DNA from: Bacteroidia bacterium
Lineage (GTDB): Bacteria > Bacteroidota > Bacteroidia > UKL13-3
Assembly: GCA_023151275.1 (NCBI GenBank)
Contig: JAKLJI010000004.1
Location: 4,946 to 68,945 of the forward strand
Length of the DNA stretch: 64,000 bases
Reading direction: 5' to 3'
Below are positions 9,936 to 19,451 of the stretch, piece after piece. Numbering within the stretch: position 1 is the stretch's first letter; each line of letters begins with the position of its first letter. Both the position numbers and the translations under genes were made by a program. The notes beneath the pieces are model-generated. The model ran no database searches and was not told the origin of the DNA. It saw only the letters and a list, made by a program, of their open reading frames with translations.

Positions 9936-11356
9936 GGTTGGTCTTATTATTTTCTCTCCTCAGTTTTCAGGTATCAGCTCAACTTTCTGATTCCTTGGTG
10001 TTCAATGCGTTTTATTCCTTGGTAATGCGGAATCATCCGGTGGCCAAGCAGGCTGCCTTATTGCCCGAAATGGCAAGAAGCGAAATTCGGAGTGCACGGG
10101 GCGCTTTTGATCCCATTCTTCAAACCGAGTTACGCGGCAAAACTACCAAGGGAGATGAGTCTTACACCTATTTGCAGCCACAACTAAAAATGGCTACCCG
10201 GCTTGGCGTTGAGTTGAAGGCGGGAATGGACCAAAGTTCTGGTCCCGCAATTAGCCGAGAGTATGCTAAAATTGACCCAACTACGAATCTTCCTGTTGTG
10301 GCCAACTACCAATTGCTTTATGCAGGGGTGAATGTTCCCTTGTTACGAGGTATGTTCACTGATCAACGCCGAACTGAGCTTCAAAAAGCCAAATTGGTTT
10401 TGCAAATGAACGAAGCGGAGCAGGTTAAAGAAATCAACAAGTTGTTTTTGAAGGCTGCCAAAGAATTTTGGAGTTGGCAAGCGGCCTATGCACGCAATCA
10501 ACTCATGAAAAAAAACCTGGATTTGGCAGAAAACCGTTTGAGTTTTATTCGCAATCGCATCTTGGGTGGTGAAGAAAAACCCATTGATAGTGTTGAAGCT
10601 TTGGTTGAATACCGGCGTCGTGAAGCGCTCCTGAAAGAATCGGAATTGGATTTGCGGAATGCCGTGCTTGAATTGTCGAATTATTTGTGGGACGATGATG
10701 GCAATCCCATTCAATTGCCTTTTTCTATGCGGCCTTCTGAGGTTGGCATGGAGCGTGTTCTCATTAGTTCTGATTCATTGGGGACCTTAGTTAGGGGAGT
10801 TGATGAATTGCATCCTGAAGTGCAGAAGTTCCGTGTTAAATTGCAACAGGCTCGAGTTGAGCGAAGATTATCCGCTGAGAATTTAAAACCTCAGCTAAAT
10901 GTGGAGTATTATCCGTTTCAAACCTATACCAATAACAAGCAAGATGTGGTGCCCGGCTTGTTTGAAAAGAACTACAAGTTTGGCTTGAGTTTTTATTCCA
11001 GTTTGTTTCTGCGCAAAGAGCGCGGAAAATTCCAATTAACTGGACTTAAAATTCGCGATGCAGAACTTGATTTAAAACAGGGTAGAAGAGAGCTTAGCAA
11101 CCAAGTAGTTATTGCATACAACGAACTGGAAAACTGGAAGCAATTGCTTGAAATTCAAGACGACTTGGTGAAAAATGCCCGCTGGATGCGTGAAGCTGAG
11201 GAAGCACGGTTTGAAGCCGGTGAAAGTTCCTTGTTTTTGGTCAATCAACGCGAGCGAGCGCTAATTGAGGCTCAGGTGAAGCAGGTTGAACTCAATGCCA
11301 AATATGCATCAGCCAAATACCAGTTGCAATTTGCTTCGGGACGTAGGTTGTGGTAA
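9932..11356 (+). CDS. TolC-family outer membrane protein
   Basis: Signal peptide; NHP.AKQA, RFEAGESSLFLVNQRE; operon position after HlyD (4-nt GTGA overlap). Confidence 0.9.
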   Translation: MRLVLLFSLLSFQVSAQLSDSLVFNAFYSLVMRNHPVAKQAALLPEMARSEIRSARGAFDPILQTELRGKTTKGDESYTYLQPQLKMATRLGVELKAGMDQSSGPAISREYAKIDPTTNLPVVANYQLLYAGVNVPLLRGMFTDQRRTELQKAKLVLQMNEAEQVKEINKLFLKAAKEFWSWQAAYARNQLMKKNLDLAENRLSFIRNRILGGEEKPIDSVEALVEYRRREALLKESELDLRNAVLELSNYLWDDDGNPIQLPFSMRPSEVGMERVLISSDSLGTLVRGVDELHPEVQKFRVKLQQARVERRLSAENLKPQLNVEYYPFQTYTNNKQDVVPGLFEKNYKFGLSFYSSLFLRKERGKFQLTGLKIRDAELDLKQGRRELSNQVVIAYNELENWKQLLEIQDDLVKNARWMREAEEARFEAGESSLFLVNQRERALIEAQVKQVELNAKYASAKYQLQFASGRRLW

Positions 11357-11527
11357 GGGTTTCTAGATTGGAGTTTAACTAATTAATATCAGGCTGAAAG
11401 TAGTTTAATTTAAAATGGTTTAATCTTAATTCAGCAAACAATAAGGAAATCCATTTTTTATCCTTGCTTGAATTTATTTAGCAAATCTGAAACTTCTAGT
11501 TTTTTCTTTGCTCTTCTAATAGGTTAG

Positions 11528-12193
11528 TCAGCTAACTTTATTGTTATCCCGCATGTATCCAATAATCAAATTGTCAATCGACTTGGATTTATACTTATTC
11601 CAATTCCATCGATCTACTTTTATTTTATTGAAGTCATAGGAGTGTGCAAAAGAGTTAAACTGGAATAGTATTTTGCAATAGAGATCAAATTGTTTGTTTA
11701 TTTCCTGTGGGATATTTCCATGACCGAAAAAGAAATTTAGTGTGTAGCGCCTGTCAATTGGCATTAGTAATTCCGGAAGAAAAAAATGAATTAATTTAGA
11801 GAATGTAACAAGTCCTGCCTTTGTTTCTACCAAGGTCATATTGTAGAACAGCTGCCTTATTTTTTCTAGCTCTGAAATATTAATAGTGGAATCTTCGATT
11901 TTGATTTCTGATAAACCTTTGATAAAATTCTTGTTTTTTATTATTGAATGTTTGAAAGTTTTAAAATCAATCAATTTCGCTCCACGAGTATTCATATTCC
12001 AAGCTTTAAGAATAATGTAGCATAACTCAATAAATTCATTACTAAACTTTTCTTCAAATGAATATGCACAAATTTCGCGATATAAATAAATTCCTGGGTC
12101 TAAGTATTCCTGCTCAATTAAAGAATGATTTGCCCATTTTGGTATTTTGGAAATATTTTCAGAATTCAAAAAAAAGGTTTTCAAGTCCTTCAT
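11528..12193 (-). CDS. Hypothetical protein with HhH/DNA-glycosylase-like motifs
   Basis: Very AT-rich; AWNMNTRG and TFSKLIHFFLPELLMPIDRRY motifs. Confidence 0.5.
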   Translation of the reverse strand: MKDLKTFFLNSENISKIPKWANHSLIEQEYLDPGIYLYREICAYSFEEKFSNEFIELCYIILKAWNMNTRGAKLIDFKTFKHSIIKNKNFIKGLSEIKIEDSTINISELEKIRQLFYNMTLVETKAGLVTFSKLIHFFLPELLMPIDRRYTLNFFFGHGNIPQEINKQFDLYCKILFQFNSFAHSYDFNKIKVDRWNWNKYKSKSIDNLIIGYMRDNNKVS

Positions 12194-12194
12194 T

Positions 12195-12500
12195 TTATTT
12201 TTTCAATTGATCCATAATACCTCCGATTTTTGAACCGTGAGCATTTATTATAGCATAATTTTCATAAATGCGAATTGTCACAGGTCCACTAGCAAGGCCT
12301 GCTTTTATTGTTGGGCTGAATGACATAAAATTTTCAGAATTTACATCATTCTTAAATCCTGCTTCTGTTACTACGAATAAGGCATTTTGAATAAAGGCTT
12401 GCTTGTCTGTAAACTCAATCTTTTCTTCCTTCTTTCCAATCATCAGCATTATGATTGCCCCAATAGCAACTGCAATTAATATCGCAAAAATCTTAGTCGT
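12195..12500 (-). CDS. Small putative membrane-anchored protein (track start 12449; frame open upstream to ACG at 12500)
   Basis: In-frame upstream extension TKIFAILIAVAIGAIIMLMIG forms a hydrophobic helix; ends 1 nt before the next gene. Confidence 0.5.
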   Translation of the reverse strand, partial: TTKIFAILIAVAIGAIIMLMIGKKEEKIEFTDKQAFIQNALFVVTEAGFKNDVNSENFMSFSPTIKAGLASGPVTIRIYENYAIINAHGSKIGGIMDQLKK

Positions 12501-12579
12501 TAAAATTTTAAGTTAAAATTTTGTTTCCTTAGTTTGTGTTAATGAATAATATGAATTTGGGTTAGACCTACTATTGTTT

Positions 12580-13536
12580 TTAAAAAACCTGACTTGCTAT
12601 GGCCTTAGTGGTTTCTGCAAGTCCCATGGTATAGTAATGCAATACCGGAACATGGGCTGCTTTTAATTCCTTCGACTGTTGAATAGCCCATTCAATTCCA
12701 ACCTGTTTTACTGCTTTTTCGTCTTTGCAGGCTTCTACTGCATTTACCAAATCTTCAGGAAGATCGATATGGAAAATCTTCGGCAAAACAGTTAGTTGTT
12801 TGCGGGTGGTAAGCGGTTTAATGCCTGGAATAATAGGTATGGTGATTCCCATTTCACGGCATTTGTTTACAAACTCAAAATATTTTTCGTTGTTGAAAAA
12901 CATTTGAGTTACGATATAATCAGCACCGGCATCTACTTTTTGTTTCAACCAGGCCATGTCTTTGGCCATATTGGGCGCTTCAAAATGCTTCTCGGGATAT
13001 CCTGAAACCCCAATACAGAATGATGAAACAGCCGGGTTTTCGAGTTCGGGGTCCAGGTATTGACCTTGGTTCATTTTCACCACTTGCTGCAAGAGTTCGA
13101 GCGAGGTTTTATTTCCATCCGGTTCTGGAACAAAGTTGCTTTCGTTTTTGATGTTGTCACCGCGTAATGCCAACACATTGTCAATCCCTAAGAAGTGCAA
13201 ATCTATCAATGCGTTTTCGGTTTCTTCTTTCGAGAAACCACCGCAAATAAGATGAGGAACTGTGTCAATATGGTACTTGTTCATCAATGCCGCGCAAATG
13301 GCAACTGTACCCGGACGTTTGCGGGTATACACTTTATCAAATCCTCCGTCTTTGCGTTTCCGCAGAACAAATTCCTCCCGGTGGTAGGTTACATCTACAA
13401 ATGCCGGCTTAAATTCCATTAAAGGGTCAATTCCGGTGAAAATGCTGTGGATGTCTTTGCCTTTTAATGGAGGGAGAATTTCAATGGAAAAAAGGGTTTT
13501 GCCATTTGCCTGAGCTATATGTTCTGTAACTTTCAT
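12580..13536 (-). CDS. metF: 5,10-methylenetetrahydrofolate reductase
   Basis: SIEILPP, VDVTYH, PHLIC, LALRGD, GYPEKH, YIVTQMFF, HYYTM. Confidence 0.95.
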   Translation of the reverse strand: MKVTEHIAQANGKTLFSIEILPPLKGKDIHSIFTGIDPLMEFKPAFVDVTYHREEFVLRKRKDGGFDKVYTRKRPGTVAICAALMNKYHIDTVPHLICGGFSKEETENALIDLHFLGIDNVLALRGDNIKNESNFVPEPDGNKTSLELLQQVVKMNQGQYLDPELENPAVSSFCIGVSGYPEKHFEAPNMAKDMAWLKQKVDAGADYIVTQMFFNNEKYFEFVNKCREMGITIPIIPGIKPLTTRKQLTVLPKIFHIDLPEDLVNAVEACKDEKAVKQVGIEWAIQQSKELKAAHVPVLHYYTMGLAETTKAIASQVF

Positions 13537-13596
13537 GTGGTTTAATTCAAGCCTGTTAAATTAAGAAATGCCTGTGAAAATTGGTGTTGTATTGAA

Positions 13597-14598
13597 TTAT
13601 TTTTGATTGTCGAGTACAATCTTCCCAAATTGCTTGCCTTCGTCCATGTGACGCATGGCCTTTTCTGCTTGTGAGAGCGGGAATACGGAGTCAACAACCG
13701 GCGTTATTTTATGCTGATTCACGAAGGAAACCATTTCCTTAAATTCGTCATCGTTGCCCATGGTTGAGCCTAAAATATCCAATTGTTTCCAGAAAATTTT
13801 AGCCGGAACACCACTGTTAAACGGACCCAAGGTTGCGCCATAAAATGCAATTCTACCGCCAGGTTTGGCCATATCAATCAGTTTAGAAAACTGCTCTCCA
13901 CAGGCTGAGTCGACGGTAGCATCAAAACCTCCACTTAGGCTTTGCAATTCTTTGTGCCAGTTTTCGCTTTTGTAATTCACACCACCTTTTGCGCCCATGG
14001 CAATGGCTTTTTCCAACTTTTCGTCGGAGCCGGAACTTACAAAAACCTGAGCACCTGCGGCTATGGCAAATTGCATCGACAACAGGGCAACGCCACCTCC
14101 AATACCCGTTACAAGGACAGTTTCTCCGGCTTTTACCGCTGCTCTTTTCATGGTAGCTCTAAATCCGGTTAAGCCTGCCAGAGGCAAAGCTGCGGCCTGT
14201 TCTGCGGATAAATGCGCTGGTTTTTCGGCAAGTAAGCGCTCGGAAATAGCAACTTGTCCTGCGAATGTTCCGTTTTTCGGCAAACCCAAAATTACATAAT
14301 CTTTGGCTTGTACTCGAGGATTAGAACCCCAATTCAAGGATGGATTCATTATAACCTCCTTGCCAATCCAATTTGTGTGGTTTGTGTTTTGAACGACTGA
14401 TACTGTTCCACAGCCATCGCTGCCCAGAATAATCGGAAATTTTAAACCGGCATATTGGCCTTTTTGAATCCAAACATCCCGGTGGTTAAGAGCGGATGCT
14501 TTTACATCCACCAGGACTTCATTTTCAAGTAATTCAGGCGCGGTTGTTTCTTCAAAAACCAGAGCCTCATTAATTCCTTTTAGTATTGCTGCTTTCAT
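13597..14598 (-). CDS. MDR-superfamily NAD(P)H quinone oxidoreductase / zinc-binding dehydrogenase family protein
   Basis: ALNHRD, ILGSDGCG, AAALP.AG.T, LVTGIGGGVA, GSTMG, FGKIVL. Confidence 0.9.
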   Translation of the reverse strand: MKAAILKGINEALVFEETTAPELLENEVLVDVKASALNHRDVWIQKGQYAGLKFPIILGSDGCGTVSVVQNTNHTNWIGKEVIMNPSLNWGSNPRVQAKDYVILGLPKNGTFAGQVAISERLLAEKPAHLSAEQAAALPLAGLTGFRATMKRAAVKAGETVLVTGIGGGVALLSMQFAIAAGAQVFVSSGSDEKLEKAIAMGAKGGVNYKSENWHKELQSLSGGFDATVDSACGEQFSKLIDMAKPGGRIAFYGATLGPFNSGVPAKIFWKQLDILGSTMGNDDEFKEMVSFVNQHKITPVVDSVFPLSQAEKAMRHMDEGKQFGKIVLDNQK

Positions 14599-14604
14599 GT
14601 GCGT

Positions 14605-16914
14605 TTAATGGATAAATACAAATTTACCGGCATAAGATGTATTGCCTTCTTCATCGGCTGCCATAACCAGGTAAACCCCGGTTGATGCCCTTTTGCCGTT
14701 TACCGTTCTGCCATTCCAGGTTGCAGTTCCTCCGTTGGCTGTGGTTTCGTACACCAGGTTTCCGCTGATATCTGTAATTTTAACAATAGCATTTTTAACC
14801 AAACCCCGAATGGTGATATCGCCATCAAATTCAGGCCTTACCGGGTTTGGAAATATTTTTACGTTTTTAAATTCTTCTTCACCCTTAGTGGCATCTGCCA
14901 CATACGAGATCATGCCCTTTTCGGTTCCAAAAAATACTTCTCCACTTTCTTCATCAATGCCAATTTCCAATACATTATTGGAAAGTAAAGGGGAGTTGGC
15001 AGTGGTGAAATTTTTGAGAACGGTGTATCCATCAGGCGAAACCAATACCACACCATTTTTAGTGCCTATCCATTTTCTGTTTGCAGGGTCAACCTTGATG
15101 CAATTGATGGCTTCTTTACCCAGGAAAACTTCATAGTTTGACCCAACCTGAATTATGATCTGTCTGGCATCGTAAGAGGCGTTTTTGGTGTTGAAAATCA
15201 TACCCGGGTTTGAAAAAATGCATAAACCCTCGCTGGTTCCTACCCACATTTCTCCTCGCTGGTCTAAAGTCATGCATAAAACAGTATTGCTTGGCAAAGC
15301 ACCTTGTCCCGCTTCCGTTGTTAATAATTTATAGGTATCATCATTGGGATTATCGGGTGTGCCTGCATGATTATAAACCAAAATGCCTTTGTCTTTCAGC
15401 GTATTGGTCCAAACATTGTTGTATTCATCGCAGGTAACCCAACCAATTTCGTTACCGAGCAATAAGGTTCCAATGGAGAAGGCGGTCCATCCGTTTCTGC
15501 TTTTTACACTGAGGGGTTTTGGGTTGCCAAAATTGCTTACCCATAAATTCCCATAACTGTCAAAATCCATACCTCCTGCCAGCAAAGGACGGTAGTTGGG
15601 GTCGGCAGAAACAGTTCGTTGAAGTGTACTATTGGTTTCATCGTAGAAGTTAACAATGGCATCATTTTCCATTTCAAAAATCCCGGTTCCATAACTGCTA
15701 ATGAAAATCCGGTTCGAAAACGGATTTTTCTTGATGTCGATGAAATCTCGCGCAGGCTCTATTTTGGGATGGTCTTTTGCTGAGTAGTTGTACCATTGCC
15801 CGTATTGGTAGCGCGAGAATTTGGTGTTGTTGTACTCAAGCGGACTCCAAACATCGTTTACGTAGCCACCGGTTACATACAAGCGCTTATCGAAGTAAAG
15901 CATTTTGGAAACTGTTTTTCCTGCCGGACCACCCGGTACATAATAATCTACATTGCCTTGGTCGGTGCGATCAATGGTTAAACCAAATTGATTGTCGACC
16001 ATAGCTAAAAAGCCACGGCTATCGTAAACGGCATCATTTCTAAATGAAAACGGTTTTTTGATAATACTTCCGTCTGGTTTTTGGGTAATAATTTCCTCAT
16101 CGGTTATCACCAACAATTCACCATACGACTCCCGAATTCTTCTTATTTTATTGCTTGATGTATGTGGCCATTTGGTCCAGCCAATTCCATCGTAAACTTG
16201 AACCTGACTATCCAATTCGGCAATTACCTGGTTTTTAAAAACTGCTGCAAACCGGCTATTGGTGCTGGTTTGAGTTCGTGTCCAGAATTTAAAATCAGAA
16301 AGGTTTGGTGCATCTAGTGAAGCGCGGAAAATGCCGTTTTGGCTCAAGGCAAAGATGGATTGCTGATTAATAACGAGGGCTTGAAATTCTACCTGAGCCC
16401 CATTTGGTCCCAAATTCTGATAGGAGTCTGCAATTTGCTTGCGGTTCATATCAACCACAACTACACCAAATGAACAGGCTAGCCAGGCTTGTTCTTCATA
16501 GAAGAAAATATCGTTGATACTTTTTTTGCCGATAATGCTTTTCTGGAGAATGTCGGGAATGTTGTAAATGCTACCGGTTTGATGGTCAAAAACATCGATA
16601 TTGGCGTTGTTGTAAACAATCAAACTCTTTTTTAGCGATGGGTTGTAGCGGAACAGTTTTACTTCTACATCCGAAAATCCTGCGGGTTTACTCAGACGTT
16701 CAATGCTATTGTCGCTTACATCAAAGGTAAACAGGCCACTTAGGGAGCCACAGAATAGCTTTTTATCAACCCGCTCAATGCAAAAATTGCTTTGATAGGG
16801 GAGGTGAACCTGCCAAGTGCCTGGTCCTGCGTTGGTTTGCTGCGCCCTGGATGAAAAAAACTGGAGCTGAAAAAACAGAAAGAATGCTATGGCGAACGAT
16901 TTCATTTTCATCAA
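14605..16914 (-). CDS. porZ: T9SS component PorZ (beta-propellers plus CTD)
   Basis: Signal peptide, GTWQVHLPY start, propeller repeats (DPANRKWIGT, NSPLLSNNV, GEVFFGTEKG), IFPNPVRP...VKITDISGNLV...TGVYLV. Confidence 0.85.
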   Translation of the reverse strand: MMKMKSFAIAFFLFFQLQFFSSRAQQTNAGPGTWQVHLPYQSNFCIERVDKKLFCGSLSGLFTFDVSDNSIERLSKPAGFSDVEVKLFRYNPSLKKSLIVYNNANIDVFDHQTGSIYNIPDILQKSIIGKKSINDIFFYEEQAWLACSFGVVVVDMNRKQIADSYQNLGPNGAQVEFQALVINQQSIFALSQNGIFRASLDAPNLSDFKFWTRTQTSTNSRFAAVFKNQVIAELDSQVQVYDGIGWTKWPHTSSNKIRRIRESYGELLVITDEEIITQKPDGSIIKKPFSFRNDAVYDSRGFLAMVDNQFGLTIDRTDQGNVDYYVPGGPAGKTVSKMLYFDKRLYVTGGYVNDVWSPLEYNNTKFSRYQYGQWYNYSAKDHPKIEPARDFIDIKKNPFSNRIFISSYGTGIFEMENDAIVNFYDETNSTLQRTVSADPNYRPLLAGGMDFDSYGNLWVSNFGNPKPLSVKSRNGWTAFSIGTLLLGNEIGWVTCDEYNNVWTNTLKDKGILVYNHAGTPDNPNDDTYKLLTTEAGQGALPSNTVLCMTLDQRGEMWVGTSEGLCIFSNPGMIFNTKNASYDARQIIIQVGSNYEVFLGKEAINCIKVDPANRKWIGTKNGVVLVSPDGYTVLKNFTTANSPLLSNNVLEIGIDEESGEVFFGTEKGMISYVADATKGEEEFKNVKIFPNPVRPEFDGDITIRGLVKNAIVKITDISGNLVYETTANGGTATWNGRTVNGKRASTGVYLVMAADEEGNTSYAGKFVFIH

Positions 16915-17032
16915 AACACAAATAAACGGAAACCTTTGGAGGTTTCGTCTTTTGATTGAAGGATTCGCGTCAGGTTAGAATAAAATTAACAGGTTTACAG
17001 AAATTTCAAACTTCATACCCATTCCTTTTTGG

Positions 17033-17040
17033 TACTTTTG
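17033..17040 (+). promoter_or_regulatory. -7 promoter element TACTTTTG
   Basis: TAnnTTTG 8 nt upstream of ATG 17049. Confidence 0.55.
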
Positions 17041-17048
17041 CCCGATTT

Positions 17049-19394
17049 ATGTGGAATACGCTAGGCACTTATGTAATCAGAAACCGTTTTTGGATTTTGG
17101 TTGCCCTTGGACTTCTTACCCTTGGCATGGCATGGTTTGCAACCAAGGTGCAAATGACTTATGATTTTGCCAAGGTAATTCCTCAGGATGACCCTGATTT
17201 TGTGGAGTATGTAAAGTTTAAACAGACTTTTGGGGAGGATGGAAATATTTTGGTCATCGGCGTTCAGCAAAAAGACCTGTTTCAAAAAGAATTTTTTTAC
17301 GATTGGGCCAACTTGTGTAATGATATCGAAAAGATAGATGGGGTAGAGAAAGTTCTTTCCATTACAAAACTTTACAAGCTCCAACGAAACGATTCATTGC
17401 AGAAGCTTGAATTGCAACCGCTGGCTATTGGCACTTTCAAAACACAAAAAGACATTGATTCGCTCAAACAAAAGCTGGAAGAGTTGAAGTTTTACGAGGG
17501 TCTGCTTTACAATCCGGAGAATCAGGTCACTTTGATGGCGGTTACGCTTAAAAAAGATAAACTCGACAGCAAAGCCAGAATTCCTTTGGTGAAAGCAATA
17601 GAAGACAGAGCCAATCAGTTGGGCGAAAAACATCAAACCAAAATTCACTACTCCGGATTGCCTTATGTAAGAACCGTTTTTAGCTCAAAGGTTGCTGAAG
17701 AGATTAAGATATTTACCTACCTCTCTATCCTAGTTACCGCCATATTCATTTTTTTATTTTTCAAGTTCTTTTCGGCAGTATTTTTCTCCTTGATCGTAGT
17801 GGTTATTGGGGTTGTTTTTACTTTAGGGACACTTGGAATTTTCGGCTACAAAATTACATTACTTACAGGTGTACTTCCTCCATTAATGGTAATTATTGGG
17901 GTGCAGAATTGCATTTACCTATTGAATGTGTACCACCAAGAGTTTACACGACATGGTAATAAAATGCTTGCCCTAATCCGATTGATTTCAAAGAATGGAC
18001 TTGCACTCTTTTTAACCAATATCACTACGGCCATTGGATTTGTTGTGTTCAGTTTCTCGGGTTCTTCAGTTCTCGACCAATTTTCGGTGGTGTCGGGAAT
18101 TGTAATCATGGCGATTTATGTGATTTCGTTGGTTTTTATTCCCATTGTATATTCGTATTTACCACCTCCACATCCCCACCATATCAAGCATTTGGATGGC
18201 GTTCGGCTGAATAAAGTATTGGATTATTGCAATTACCTGATTTACAATCACCGGAAAGGAATTTATGGGATTACCGTTTTGTTGCTTTTAGTGTCTGTTT
18301 TTGGGGCATTTCAGGTGAAGAATTTAGGCTATGTGGTTGATGATTTACCCGAATCGGATCCGGTTTACCAGGATTTGAAATTTTTTGAAAAGCATCTCAA
18401 GGGAACGCTACCCTTTGAAATACGGATAGATACCAAAAAGGACGATGGAATTAAGGATTATGTAACTCTTCAAAAGATTAACAAACTTGAGAAGGAATTG
18501 GTAAAGTATCCGGAATTTTCAAGGCCTGTGTCAGTGGTTGATTTTTTGAAATTTGCCAACCAGGCCATGAACGACGGAGATCCCAGGTTTTATGTGGTTC
18601 CAAGTGTAATGGATATTACCAATATTGTGTCGTTTTTGCCCCGGAACAATGGAGGAGCCAATCTGCTGAAGTCGATGGTGGATAGCAATTACAGAGTTGC
18701 CAGGGTAAGTGTTCAAATGGCCGATATTGGTTCACAGGAAATGAAAGTATTGTCTGCTTCGGTTCAAAACAAATTGGATTCCATTTTTCCAAAGGACAAG
18801 TACGAAGTTAAAATTACCGGAACATCAGCCATCTTTTTGAAAGGAAACGATTATTTAATTGAGAACTTAATCGAAAGTATGCTTTGGGCACTTGCACTGA
18901 TTTCGGTTATGATGGCATTCTTATTCTTCTCCTGGAAAATGGTTGTTATTAGTCTTATTCCAAACTTGATACCGTTGGTAATGACCTTTGGTATCATGGG
19001 TTATTTTGATATCCGATTGAAGCCATCAACCATTATTATTTTTAGTATTGCTTATGGAATTGTGATTGATTTTACCATTCACTACCTCGCCAAATACAGG
19101 AACTCACTCAAACGAAACGATTGGGACATGAACAAAGCCATACCTGAAAGTTTGGTGGAAGCAGGTCCGAGTATTATTTATACCGCGGTAGCCCTATTTG
19201 GTGGATTCATCATATTCTCTGCTTCCAATTTTGGGGGTACTGTGGCATTAGGTGTGCTTACCTCGCTGGCCTTGCTCTTTGGTATGTTTATGAATTTGCT
19301 GCTTTTGCCTTCTATGCTACTTTCGCTTGCAAAGAGTATTAATGCCAAAGAAGAGTTCAGCACAGTATTAGTAGATGTAGAGCCAGAAGATTAA
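17049..19394 (+). CDS. MMPL/RND family transporter (start at ATG 17049 preferred)
   Basis: Two repeats of periplasmic domain plus TM bundle; F...FGEDG; GIVIDFTIHY; promoter element just upstream of 17049. Confidence 0.88.
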   Translation: MWNTLGTYVIRNRFWILVALGLLTLGMAWFATKVQMTYDFAKVIPQDDPDFVEYVKFKQTFGEDGNILVIGVQQKDLFQKEFFYDWANLCNDIEKIDGVEKVLSITKLYKLQRNDSLQKLELQPLAIGTFKTQKDIDSLKQKLEELKFYEGLLYNPENQVTLMAVTLKKDKLDSKARIPLVKAIEDRANQLGEKHQTKIHYSGLPYVRTVFSSKVAEEIKIFTYLSILVTAIFIFLFFKFFSAVFFSLIVVVIGVVFTLGTLGIFGYKITLLTGVLPPLMVIIGVQNCIYLLNVYHQEFTRHGNKMLALIRLISKNGLALFLTNITTAIGFVVFSFSGSSVLDQFSVVSGIVIMAIYVISLVFIPIVYSYLPPPHPHHIKHLDGVRLNKVLDYCNYLIYNHRKGIYGITVLLLLVSVFGAFQVKNLGYVVDDLPESDPVYQDLKFFEKHLKGTLPFEIRIDTKKDDGIKDYVTLQKINKLEKELVKYPEFSRPVSVVDFLKFANQAMNDGDPRFYVVPSVMDITNIVSFLPRNNGGANLLKSMVDSNYRVARVSVQMADIGSQEMKVLSASVQNKLDSIFPKDKYEVKITGTSAIFLKGNDYLIENLIESMLWALALISVMMAFLFFSWKMVVISLIPNLIPLVMTFGIMGYFDIRLKPSTIIIFSIAYGIVIDFTIHYLAKYRNSLKRNDWDMNKAIPESLVEAGPSIIYTAVALFGGFIIFSASNFGGTVALGVLTSLALLFGMFMNLLLLPSMLLSLAKSINAKEEFSTVLVDVEPED

Positions 19395-19451
19395 AAGATT
19401 ATTAGATAAAATTTTAATTGACTGCGCGTTTAAAAAAAGTAAATTTGGTAC

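Noticed and set aside
13537..13596. SAM riboswitch upstream of metF
   Set aside because: The intergenic gap is only 60 nt and AT-rich, with no SAM-I/II consensus recognised.
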